DNA of 64,000 nucleotides from Isurus oxyrinchus (Eukaryota), in assembly GCA_026770705.1 (NCBI GenBank), contig JANJGN010000151.1, positions 434,001-498,000 on the forward strand, written 5' to 3'. Of this stretch, positions 36,150 to 48,262 are shown in pieces (positions within the stretch are counted from its first letter, which is position 1; the number at the start of each line of letters is the position of its first letter). The translations under genes and the position numbers were made by a program. A model generated the notes under the pieces. That model worked only from the letters and a program-made list of their open reading frames with translations, searched no databases and was not told where the DNA came from.

Positions 36150-37700
36150 CGTATGTACATGTGAACGTGCGGATCAGTAGCAGGAGTAGGCTATTCGGCC
36201 TCTCGAGCCTCCTCCACCATTCACTCCGATCATAGCTGATCTGATTGTGGCGTTAACTCCCGCCTACTCTCCGCTCATCTTTGACTCACTTGTCAATGAA
36301 GAATCTCTCTACTTCTGCCTTGAAATATTAATGACTCCTCCTCCATCGTTCTCTGGGAAAGACAGTTCGAAACTTTCACTACCCTTAGAGAAAAATATAA
36401 AATCTCCTCATTTCCGCCAGAATGGGAGACCTATTTTTAAACTGCGTTGCCTATCGTTAGTCACTCCCACAAGCGGAAACATCCTTTCAGCATCCATCCT
36501 GTCATTTTCCCCCAGGATCTTATATGTTTCAATAAAATCAGTTCTTATTTTTCTAAACTCCAATAGATACAGGCCTATCCAAACTTTCCTCAGAAGTTAA
36601 CCGACAACACATCCCAGTATCAGTTGAATGAACATTCTCTGAACAGCTTCTAATGCTTTTATATCCTTTCTTAAAGGAGACTAAATCAGACGAGGCCGCA
36701 TTGACGCCTCGTTAAACTGTTGCAAACCATCTTTACTTTTATATTATTTTCTATTATCAAGGATCCTATCACGGGTCATTAAGAAAATCCAAATGCAATT
36801 ACGTAGATCCATCATGGTTTTGTGACAAGCAGAGTTCCACAGGGATCAATGCTGCAGCCTCAACTATTTACAATTTATATCAATGACTTTAATGAAAGGA
36901 CTGAATGAATTTGCTAAATTTGCTGATGACACAAAGATTGATTGGAGAGTAAGTGGTGAAGAGGGGATAAAGGTCAGCAAAGGGATACAGATAGGTTATA
37001 GGAGTGGGCAAAAAAATGACAGAGTATAAATTCCCCTTGTAATAAATGACAACATTCCCTTTGCCTTCCTCATTACTTGCTGTTCCTGCATTATAACTTT
37101 TTGTGATTCATGCAGCAAGGGATCCGCATCCCTCTGTACCTCAGAGTTCAGCAATCTCTTTCCCTTTCAATAAAATGATGCTTTTGTATTCTTCCTGCCA
37201 AAGTGGACACGTTTATATTTTCCCACGTTATACTCTGTCATTTTTTTGCCCACTCCTATGACCTATCTATATCCCTTTGCTGACCTTTATCCCCTCTTCA
37301 CCACTTACTCTCTTATCTATCTGTGTGTCATCAGCAAATTTAGCAAATTCATTCAGTCCTTTCATTTAAGTCATTGATGTAAATTGTAAATAGTTGAGGC
37401 CGCAGCATTGATCCCTGTGGCACTCCACTTGTCACAAAACCATGATGGATCTATGTAATTGCATTTGGATTTTCTTAGTGATCCGTGATAGGATCCTTAA
37501 TAATAGATTCCATCATTTTCCCTCGGACAGATGTTAAGCTAACTGGCCTGTCGGTTCTTGCTTTCCCTTTACCTCTTTTATTTGATATAAAAGCCTCATT
37601 CTCTATTTTCCAATCTGATGAGACTTTTCCAGAATCCAGGGGAGTTTGGAAAATTAAACCAATGCCTCTGCTATTTTAGTAACCACCTCGTTAAGGCCAA
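36150..37700 (-). mobile_element. CR1-clade LINE remnant containing an inverted duplication
   Basis: HER1-like 3' end at ~36170; RT motifs (QLFTIYIND…KFADDT) present twice in opposite orientations. Confidence 0.8.
36750..37507. repeat. ~280-bp inverted repeat
   Basis: 36750-37029 is the reverse complement of 37228-37507, roughly 90% identical by eye; ~200-bp spacer. Confidence 0.9.
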
Positions 37701-38199
37701 AATATTTGGCCAACTTCTCTGCCCATTTCCTTATTTTCCTTCATTACAGGCTTGTCCAATCCGTGTCCTGTGGCTGGATAAGAGCCCCCGAAGCCCCTCC
37801 ATATGGCCCCCGGAGATGTTGTTCAAAATGCTGGTCAGGCAGGTAAGTGGAGTTGAAGATATCTGGAAGGAGCTGCTCCTCCAATCACTGGCGAGTCATC
37901 TACCCGTTAACTGCTGATAGGCTGATTGGTGGGCCTATCAGCAGTAAAAGTGGGAGGCAAACAGGTTGTGATTGGAGGGGCAGCGAGCACCTGCTGGAGA
38001 AATGCGCAGGGAAACGGGGGGAAGCGCACGGAGACATTGTCTCCCTTCTATCCCAGACACTGAGGTCCTTTCCCCGGGAATGGAAAGGATTTCAGGAGGA
38101 GAAGAGACAATGAGAGAGAGAGATAGAGAGAGTGGGGCCCAGGGTGCCTGGGGCCTCGGCTCGCAACTGCTGACGCCCTGATCTCCCCGCTATAGCTCG

Positions 38200-40130
38200 C
38201 CTCGCTGCCCTTCGCCCACCCTCCGGCCTCTCTGCCCATTCCCCTCCGGCCTCTCTGCCTTTCCACCCCCCCCCCCACCCCTCCCCACCGCCACTTTGCC
38301 CTTTCCCCCTTGCCTCTCTGCCCTTTCCACCCCCCCGCTTCCCTGTCCTTCCTCCTCCTGCCTCTCTGTCCTCCACCGCCTCTGCCCTTCCCCCTGCCCT
38401 TTCCCCTTCTGCCCCTCTGCCTTCCCCCCTCCCGCCTCTCTTCCCTTCGCCCTCCCGCCTCTCTGCCCTTTCCCCCTCCGTCTCTCTGCCCTTTCCCCCT
38501 CCCTCCTGTCTGCCCTTTCCACCACCGGCTCCCTGCCCTTCCCCCTTCTGCCTCCCTGCCCTTCCCCCTCCCGCCTCCCTGTCTTTTCCCCCTCTGCCTC
38601 CCTGCCCTTCCCCGTCTAGCTCCCTGCGCTTTCCTCTCTGCCTCTCTGCCCTTCGCACCTCTGCCTCTCTGTCCTTCGTACCTCTGCCCTTCCCCTGTCT
38701 CTCTGCCCTTTCCACCTGCCTCTCTCCTTTCCACCCCTGCCCTTCCCCCCTCTACCTCCCTTCCCTTTTCCCTTCTGGTCTCTCTGCCCTTTCCCTCCTC
38801 TACCTCCATTCCCTTTCCCCCTCCCGCCTCTATGCTTTTTCCCCTTCCCACCTCTCTGCCCTTTCCCCCTCCCACCTCTCTGCCCTTCCCACCTCTGCCC
38901 CTCTGCCCTTCCCCTTCCGACTCTCTGCCCTTACCCCTCCTGACTCTCTATCCTTTCCCTCTCTGCCTCTCTGCACTATCCACTCCTCGCTTCCCTACCC
39001 TTCCCCTCCCGCCTCTCTGCTCTTCCCCCTCCCGCCTCTCTGCCCTTCCCCCTCCCACCTCTCTGCCCTTTCCCCCTCCCGCCTCTCTGCCCTTCCCCCT
39101 CCCGCCTCTCTGCCCTTCCCCCTCCCACCTCTCTGCCCTTTCCCCCTCCCATCTCTCTGCCCTTTCCCCCTCCCACCTCTCTGCCCTTCCCCCTCCCGCC
39201 TCTCTGCCCTTGCCCCCTCCCGCCTCTCTGCCCTTTCCCCCTCCCATCTCTCTGCCCTTGCCCCCTCCCGCCTCTCTGCCCTTCCCCTTCCGACTCTCTG
39301 TCCTTTCTCCTTCTGCCTCTCTGCCCTTTCCAACCCTCGCCTCCCTGCTCTTCCTCTCCCGCCTCTCTGCCCGTTCTCCCCCAGTTCTCTGCACCTACTC
39401 CATGGCTCCTTGTGCTTTTGCTCCGCTCTCTGACCTTTCCCACTGGCTTTATGATCTTTCCCCCAGCTATCTGCCCTTCCCATCACCTCTCTGCCTTTCC
39501 CCCTCCTAGCTCCCTGCCCCTTCCTCCTCCCACCTCTCTGCCCTTTCCCCCTCTGCCTCTCTAGCCTTTCCCCCTCTGCCCTCCTCCCCCCGCCTCTCTG
39601 CCCTCCCCCCTCTGCCCATCCCCCGCCTCTCTGCCCTCCCCCCTCCCGCCTCTCTGCCCTTCCCCCCTCTACCTCTCTGCCCTTTCCCCCTCCCGTCTCT
39701 CTGCCCTTTCTCCCCCAGTTCTCTGCACCTACCCCATGGCTCTCTGTGCTTTTGCTCCGCTCTCTGACCTTTTCCACTGGCTTTGCAATCTTTCCCCCGG
39801 CTCTCTGCCCTTCCCATCGCCTCTCTGCCCCTTCCTGCCTCGTTGCCTTTCCCCCTCCCACCTCCCTGCCCTTTCTCCCCCCACCTCTCTGCCCTTTCCC
39901 CCTCCCCTCTCTGCCCTTTCCCCATCCCGCCTCTCTGCCCCTTACTCCACTTCTCACTGACCTTTCCCCAGCTCTCTGCCCTTCCTACCAGGCTGCTCTG
40001 CCATGTCCTCCCCCTCCCCCTCCCCTCTGCCGTGCTGCCCCCTCTATGCCCTATCTCCCACGCCTCTTTGTCCTTTCCCCAAGCCAACTGCACTTACTCT
40101 AAGGGTCCCTGTGCTTTCGCCTGTCTCTCT
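38200..40130 (-). repeat. Purine/G-rich tandem repeat (~23-24-nt unit)
   Basis: (GGAGGGGGAAAGGGCAGAGAGGCG)n on the minus strand; internal ~130-bp duplication 39373-39500 / 39707-39835. Confidence 0.95.
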
Positions 40131-40261
40131 GGCCTTTCCACTGATACTCATCACTCCCTTCGGCCATGCTCCACTTTCTGACACTGTGAGGCCTCAGGCC
40201 TCGCTTCTAAGTCTCTCTTCCCCGCAGTTCCCGCCCTCCCACACACTGAATTAGAAAAGTG

Positions 40262-41200
40262 ATCGAGTGAGTGAGCATGTGCATGATTGACAGAGTGAGG
40301 GTGGCTGAGTGACAGAGTGGGGGTGGGTGGCTGAGTGCGTGAGGGTGCGTGGGTGAGTGAAGGAGTGAGTGAGGGTGGGTAGTGAGTGAGCGTGGGTGGG
40401 TGTCTAATTGTGGGAGAGTAAGAATGGATGACTGAGTGAGGGCAGGTGTTTGAATGAGGGTAGATGAGTGGGTGATTGAAGGTTAGTGGGTATGTGAGGG
40501 TGCGTATGTGAGTGACGGTGAGTGGGTATATCAGGGTGGGTGGATGAGTGTGAATGAGGCTGGGTGGGTGAGGGTGAGTAAGGGTGTGTGAGTGAGGGTG
40601 AGTAATTGATGGTGAGTGACTGAGGGTGAGTGAATGAGGGTGTGGTAGGGGGTGAGTGTGTGAGGGTGAGTGAGGGTGTGTGAGTGAGGGTGGATGTGGC
40701 TGGGTGGGTAAGGGTGAGTAAGAGTGAGTGAGTGGTAGTGAGGAGTGAGGTTGAGTGAGGGTGAGTGAGGATGGTGAGGGTGCATGAGTGATGGGTGAGA
40801 GAGTGATGGGTGAGAGAGTGAGGGTTGTGAGTGAGGAGTGAGTGAGTGAAGGTGAGTGAGTAATTGATGGTGAGTCAAGGAGGGTGTGTGAAGGTGGGTG
40901 AGGGTGGATGATTGAGGGTGCCTGAGTGAGGGTGAGTGAGGGTGAGTGTGTGAGGGTGGGTGTGTGAGGGTGGGTGAGTGAGGGTGGGTGAGTGAGAGTG
41001 GGTGAGCGAGAGAGTGCGAGTGAGTAAGGGTGAGGGAGTGAGGGTGAGGGAGTGAGGCTGAGTGAGTGACGGTGGGTGAGTGAGGGTGGCTGAGGGCCAG
41101 TGAGTGAGGGTGAAGAAATGATGGTGAGGGAGTGAGTGTGAGGGAGTGAGGGTGAGTGAGTGAGTGAGATTGAGTGAGGGTGAGTGATTGTGGGTAGTGA
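40262..41200 (+). repeat. (GAGTGAGGGT)n-type low-complexity tract
   Basis: G-rich on the plus strand. Confidence 0.9.
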
Positions 41201-41201
41201 G

Positions 41202-41384
41202 GGTGCCCAGATGCTGTAGGCTCATCAAGGTGATGTTTTTCCAGATGATTTTCTGCTCCGGCTCAGCTTTCCGTTGCCTGTTGTCCACAGCCGAGCTGGG
41301 GGCTCCTCCATTCGGCTCCACCACCTCCACCTCCTCCTCTTCATCTCCATCGATCCTGTCCCGATTCTCCAGATTGATCAGCTT
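41202..41384 (-). pseudogene. Stearoyl-CoA desaturase (SCD5-like) N-terminal fragment
   Basis: Frame KLINLENRDRIDGDEEEEVEVVEPNGG…EQKIIWKNITLMSLQHLG resembles the vertebrate SCD motif (Q)xIVWRNVVLMSLLHLG; no ATG, truncated by the repeat. Confidence 0.7.
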
Positions 41385-41779
41385 TCAGTAACACCGGCTG
41401 TGTAAAGTCAGGCAGCAGTGTAGATCGCTGGCCACCTGCTTTAATGCCGATGCATTTCTTTGAGAAACCCATGTCAGTACACGAACAGGCAGACTGAGGG
41501 GTCTGGAGGGGAAGGTTACAGCAAAACCAGGATGTGCCATGCAGGTATCTTGCACCAACTGTGCACTGGTATTGGGGATCCAGCTGGCTGTGGTCTCTGT
41601 CACATCCCTCCCCTTTCCTTGCTTCTTTGTGTTTGGTTCAACAATTGGAAATTCTCCACATATATAGTGATGTCACCTGTGTAATTTCATTTTACACAAA
41701 AAGGCATCAGAAATGGAACAATGAACATGCATGCAGCTTAATGGATTTTCATTCTGCAGTTAGCATTTTCAGCCCACTT

Positions 41780-42770
41780 CTGTGTGTGAGAATGTGTGTG
41801 TGTCTGCGTGATAAAGAGAGAGAGAGTGCATGCAAGTGTTTGTGTGTTTTTAAGAGAGAGAGAGAGACACAGACAGAGAGAGACGGAGTGTGTGTGAGAG
41901 AGAGAGTGTGTGTGTGTGAGATAGGGAGTATAAGCGTGAGAGTGTGTGAAATGGAGAATGTGTGTGTGGGAGAGAAAGAGTGCATGTGTGTGTGTGAGAG
42001 AGAGAGAGTCTGTGTGTGTGTGAGAGGGGGAAAGTGTGTTTTTCTGTGCATGTCATAGGGAGTATAAGTGTGAGAGTGTCTGAGATAGAGAAATGTATGT
42101 ATAAGAGAGAGCTGCTGTGTGTGTGTGAGAGTTAGAGAGAGAAAGAGAGAGAGAAAGAGAATGTGTAGGGGTGTGAGTGATTGGTCGTATAAATGTGTGA
42201 GAGAAAGTGTGTGAGAGAGCGAACGTGTGTGTGGGAGAGAAAGAGTGTGTGAAAGAGAGAGCCAATGTTTGTATCAGAGAGAAAGAATGAGAGAGAGTGC
42301 AGGTGTGAGATAAAGTGTGTGTGAGAGGGAATGTGTTTGTGTTTCTGTGTGAGAGAGAGAGAATGGAGAGTGTGTACATGTGTGAGAGTGTGTATGTGTG
42401 TGGGAGAGAGGATGCATGTATGTGAGAGAGAGAGAGTGGGTGTGCGTAAAAGTGAGGGAGTGTGCATGTGTTTGTGAATGTGAGAGAGAGTGCATGTGTG
42501 AGAAAGAAAGAGTGCATGTGTGTGTGAGAGAGATAGTGTGCACGTGTGTTAGAGTGTGTATATTTGAGAGAGCATGTGTATGAGAGAATGTGAGTGTCTG
42601 TGTGAGAGTGTGTGTGAAAGAGAGAGGCAATGTGTGAGAGACAGAATGTGTACATGTTAAAGAGAATTTGTGTGTGAGAGGGAAAATGTGAGAGTGTGTG
42701 TGTGTGACAAAGAGAGGGGTGTGACAGAGAGAGTGAGCGAGTGAGGGTCTGTGGTAAAGAGACTGAGTGT
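41780..42770. repeat. (TG)n/(AG)n compound low-complexity tract
   Basis: Simple-sequence composition. Confidence 0.9.
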
Positions 42771-43519
42771 GTCGAGGTAGAGTAGCCATAATCTTACTGA
42801 ATGGAGGGCAGGATCGAAGGGCCGAATGTCCTCTTGGTCCCTTGTTTCTGTCATTCATTCCTCCCCCTGCAGGCGGCAATCCGATGACTCAGTTTTTGAT
42901 GGCTGCTCCTTTTCCCCAAATCCCCCGCGGCTGGCTATTTGGAGCGGGAGGATGGTCATTGTCCATTTCAATCGTTTAAATAACTCTCAGCCCCTGATCA
43001 GATCAGAACAGGCGCTGCCCTCTGGAAACTCACTGTCCCTCCCTGATTCTGTTTGTTCTGAAATTGTGCTCAAGTTCAGCTCACTCACATTCAATGATTT
43101 TCTGATACTCAAAATGCTGAAACATAATTAATTCATTAAAATTTATACATATTCGCTCCAGAAATATGGTTAAAAACAATTAATGTGTGTCATTTCAAGC
43201 GAGCAATGGAACAATTTATTTTCACAGATCTGGCTAGAGGACTCACAGCCAATTACTGATTCAGTTTGTTTGACATCTGCGGGGAAAAGACTGTCTGGTC
43301 AGTAACAGGACAAGTTAAGATATGGATTAAATCCCCCACTCCTCCCCCGGTACACTCCTGTCATCAGCTGCAAGGGTGGGATTCAACAGAAAGCCAACTC
43401 TCCACTGAACTGCCAAACACTCCGGAGCAGGTACAGTACTGGTTTGATATAAAATAAAACTCCCTCTACATTGTCCTATGAAATATGCCCAGAAGAGGGT
43501 TCAATCCAGTTTCAATATA

Positions 43520-44115
43520 AATGCTGTGGCTGCAAGAGGTGGTCAGAGGCTGGGAATTCACTGGCGAGTAATTCACCCAAAGACAACCCACCATCTACAT
43601 GTCACAAGTCTGGACTGGGATTGAATAGTTTTCACTTGCCTCAATGAGTGAAATTTCAACAAACCCCAAGAAACCCAATACTATCCAGGACAAAGCAGCC
43701 CACAGAATTGGTACCCCATCCACTTAAACATTCACACCCTCCCCCACAGACGCACAGTGAGAGCAGTATGTACCATATACAGGATGCACTGCAGCAACTC
43801 GCCAAGGCTCCTTCAGCAGCACCGTCAAAACCTGCAACCTCTCCTAACTAGAAGGACAAGGGCAGCAAGTGCTTGGGAACACTGCCACCTGTACGCGCCC
43901 CTCCAAGGCACTCACCATCCTGATTTGGAATGATATCACCGTGTCTTCACTCTCAATATGTCAAAATCCTGGAACTCCCTTCCTAACAGCACTGTGAGTG
44001 AACCTGCAGCTATTCAAGGAGGCGGCATTTCAACACTTCCTCAAGGGGTAATTAGGGATGGACAACAAATGCTGGCCTTGCCAGTGATCCCAACATCCTA
44101 TGACAGGATTAAAAA
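43520..44115 (+). mobile_element. LINE 3' fragment
   Basis: SKSWNSLPNSTV motif and the SINE-shared tail. Confidence 0.7.
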
Positions 44116-47100
44116 TAAGATACAGGCTAATTTCTTATTCCACATTGTCCAACCAAATAGGTCAAGGACTGCTACAGCACGGATTAAAAGAGGATAAAAC
44201 TCTCTCTGCATTGCCTAACCGAACACTCCCAAGACAGATATATCACTGGTTTACAATCAACCAAATCTCCTTCAACAGTTTGTCTGTCGTTTCTGAATTG
44301 TCCTTTCTGACTGTCACAATGGGTTGGGCATTTCATTTCTGAGGTGCCTGGTCAAAAAGTCAAACTTTCACATTTCTCACAGATACAAGTTTTTTGAAGA
44401 AATAAAGCGAATTACACTTCCTGAAATACAGGAGAGTGAACCAGACGGTTTTCAACCAGTCAGGAAGATTCTTGGTCCCAGCACAATGAGCACGCGCGCT
44501 GAAACAGAACAGACACAAATGGTGCAACAAGCGAGTTCCCAGCAGAGAGATCTGTTCAATCTGTCCATTTCACTCAAGCTGTTTGATTCCAATTGATCAA
44601 CGGTCAATTTACTACAATTATTCTATAACTCCTTTGAAATTAATCTGATTTTCATTTCAAACTTCCCTTTTAAGTCCATCTAATTCTCTCTGATCTGTCT
44701 CGAATCTCCAAATAATATAGGATTTAAGTTACCCTGAAAATGAGCACAGCAAAAATTACAGGTTCAAGATAATTTGGTGTCCAGAACAGAGACTCAATGA
44801 CAGGGTAAGAATTAAACAAATCAGGAAACATTCATATTGAAAACCGATTACCCGCTGATTTGATTTGATTTTAGGTATGAATAGAACCAATAAAAACATC
44901 AAGGCGGAATTCCTTATCGACCTGAGCACAGCTGAGTAAGAAAAGTATTCTTTTCTAAATTAATTTTGGATTCAATTAAAAATTCTCTCCATTGAGATTT
45001 TGCATTCATTATAATAACCATTATACTATTTAGTTGTTGGAGCACATTTATGTTGAATTAATTATCACTAATATTATATTGTAAGATAATGATCTTGTTA
45101 TTGCCGACTCATTTTCTTGTCAGCTGATTTCTACTATATATTAGAAATGGTTTTCAAAAATTGAAAATTTGTTTCTCTCTGGTACTTAGTGAAATAATTG
45201 GGGTTTATTTAAATCAACCTGACACTGAAACAATGTTAAACAATAAACTGCAAATTGCTAGATGGTAACATTCAGGCAAGTGTATCAATTTTACTTAAAT
45301 CTAAGCACGATATGCGATTTTGCTTCTACTTCTACTGCTCTGATTTAACCAACAATATTGCAAGCTATGCGTGTTTCCGAACGCATTGAGAAATCATAAA
45401 TTCCATCTATTCTCATCGAGTAATTCACAGGGCGAATTTATCAGTGGAATATTGGAAATACTTTCAAATCTGGCCGGGTTCACATCACATTAAGTGTCAA
45501 TGAGCTGTAACACCATCTGTTTGCTAAAGGAAACTTTTCTTAACTCCAAACTATATGTAAGAAAATGTTCCTGGCAGTTACTTATTATCAATAAAATTTT
45601 TCCTCGATAACAATCCCTATTCTTTAATTGTTACATTTTTGTTCATTGAAAGAAGATCCAAACTGATCAATATAAAACTTGATGAGAACAGTTCATTCAT
45701 ATCATCTGTGACACTGAAATATAATCAGCAAATTGAATCGAGATTTTGTTCTTCAATTTAATATTTAATAAGAATTAAGCATGAATCTCAGATATAATCT
45801 GTTCTTCTCCTATAATCCTATCCTGTGCACAGCACAGCTCTGGTAGACAGGATGTTGTTATTAAAATCAAAACTAACATTAATGTTTGCAATTAAAATCA
45901 AAACTAACATTAATGTTTGCAATTAAATTAATTTGTTCTAATTTCAAGCCTTTCCTTGTCAATCTCTATTCATATGCAATCTGCACCTTCCTACAGTTCA
46001 AAAAAACGTAAGAACAATTCATTTACTGCCAGCGAATTCCACCCCTCACCCCCACCAACCCCAGAAAACTGTTTAAGATTAGATTAGTGACAATTGTCTC
46101 GCTATCCAAATCCCAATGACATTGAAGGAATAATATGGTTACAGCTGCACAGAAAGAATGTAATAACCGGATAGACACGTTGCCAAACTGAAATGTCAAA
46201 CTCTTCTTTAAGTCAATGCAAACGTTATCAGCGATATAAAATATAATTCAAAATCCCATGTGAAATTGACCAAATTTGTAGAATCAGTATATTCTTATTG
46301 AAATTGTTTCATTAATAATCACAAAATGTTTCCAGCCTAAAAACTTTCCCGAGCATGTTAATTGTGCGCAGTGCCCAACAAAATTATGAAAGGCCGATTA
46401 ATGATCAATTATGTTAATATGAAAGCTGTTCAGTTAATATAGAGAAATATTACCACATTATAATTGTTTGAATTGTATTAGTTTTAGTCTACAACTTGAA
46501 TGTGGTAATTATATAGTTTCTGATTGCAGTAACGAATTATATTCTGAATGAGCGCCATAATCCATGGTTTAGTTTAATCTGCAATTATCACTTAAAATAA
46601 AGACAACATGTTCTAACACATCTTTAAGAGCTTTTTTCCCATTTCTGAAACCTGTCTGTTTTCTGCCTACAATCGCGCTTCAAGCAGATACGAAGAGGCT
46701 GCTTCGATTCAATCGCAAAACGTGTAACCGCTCAATATCACCGAGTTTAAACAAAGCAGAAACAATGCAGAACCGCCAAACCGTTTCATAAATTCTACTT
46801 GTTCAAAGTCACCCAGACACACAATCTCCTCAGCAGAAAAACACCAAATCACATCACTGAGGGGCTGAAACCCGTTTCATGGAGAAGCAGCTCAATTCTA
46901 CAAACACTTCCAACAGAATCCAATGTAACATTGCAAGAAAATCTCAATATCGAATCCAGACAACCGCTCGTCACCAAATGAATGAATAATTAAACTAAAC
47001 AGAAATATGGAATAATGTCAACAGCATTGTGAGTAGGCGGAACATGTTCAATAAATTAATATTGAAACTTAAGCATATTTTGTTAACATTGGGTTTGATT

Positions 47101-47473
47101 TCAAACTTGTTTAAACCCTTGTGCAACAGATGGTAAAACCCGCAGCCATTAGATGTCACCGAGATTAAACATTGCAGAAACGTCAAACTGTTTTTACAAA
47201 CGTTAGATATTTCAAGAAGTCCGGCCACACAGTATCCTCAGCAGATAAATACCAAATCACAACAACCAGGGTCTCAATCCCTCAGCAACACTTCTTATCA
47301 AGACACAGCGGAATTACATAACTCAATTTCAGCAGAATCACATGAAACATTGTAAAAATTCTGCATACAGAATCCACCAAACCCAGGTTTCGTTGGCTGA
47401 ATGAATTATTAAAATAGACAAAAAAAGCAAACACTCAAATAAAACAGTTACTAAATAAATGTGTGGTTCTTAC

Positions 47474-47521
47474 CTGCAGTCACCGTCACCATGGTCCCTT
47501 GTCCCCAGTCGCCCATAGCGT
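47474..47521 (-). CDS. IGHJ: JH segment
   Basis: AMGDWGQGTMVTVTA|GTAAG; WGxG motif. Confidence 0.97.
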
Positions 47522-47560
47522 CACAGTGTTACATTCCCTGGGCTGTGCCATACAATAACT
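47522..47560. promoter_or_regulatory. JH 23-RSS
   Basis: CACAGTG - 23 bp - ACAATAACT. Confidence 0.95.
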
Positions 47561-47889
47561 GTCCCTGCACCAAAAAGACAGAAATCCACCATTATTTTAA
47601 ATATTCCTAAGTCAGAAGCAAAGGGAGGTCACGATGAATCTTCGCGAAATTATTTTTGCGTTTGTAGATATCTGTAGCTACTCATCAATGATCCTCGAGT
47701 TTTATCATTCACAGAATAACACATGAACATGTTATTGAATTCACCAATTGATGAATGGATAATTATCACAGCTTTTCCATCTTAAACCAGGTTTTTTGGG
47801 CAGTGCTGGACAAAAATAATACTTCATTGTAAATATAGCAGGATTGTAAAAGCAAGCACTGACCCAGGCAGACTCAATTAGTGCTGAGG

Positions 47890-47958
47890 GGTTTTTGTAT
47901 TGACAGTAACTGCTGTGCCACCCAGTATATCACAGTGAGAGACACCATGTCAAATACT
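47890..47958 (-). other. IGHD2: D2 segment (47918-47930, ATATACTGGGTGG) with 12/12 RSS
   Basis: J-side CACAGCA-12-ACAAAAACC; V-side CACAGTG-12-TCAAATACT. Confidence 0.95.
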
Positions 47959-48262
47959 GCGGCACACTGTTAACTGTAAATACAGAGATTTAATCTCACT
48001 GCGCTCTCAAAAACCTGATTCCGACTCACCTAAGAGTGAATCAGTGAGATATTTCAGCTTGTGCTGGTCATTATATTTATAAATGTGATTGGAATTCTTT
48101 AAAAGCCTCTGTGAAGATTTAGCTTGTCCGTAAACACAAACAAAGACTTATATATATTTTTACAAACCAATATTACTTATACCTATTATTTTCTTTAGCT
48201 CCCATTTTCTTTGACTTTTCCTGTTGTGATCGTGATCACCAATTTGAACAAACTCCTTCTGA

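Noticed and set aside
38048-40254. Long Pro-rich and Gly/Arg-rich ORFs (up to 399 aa)
   Set aside because: By-products of a stop-poor purine/pyrimidine repeat that is open in many frames.
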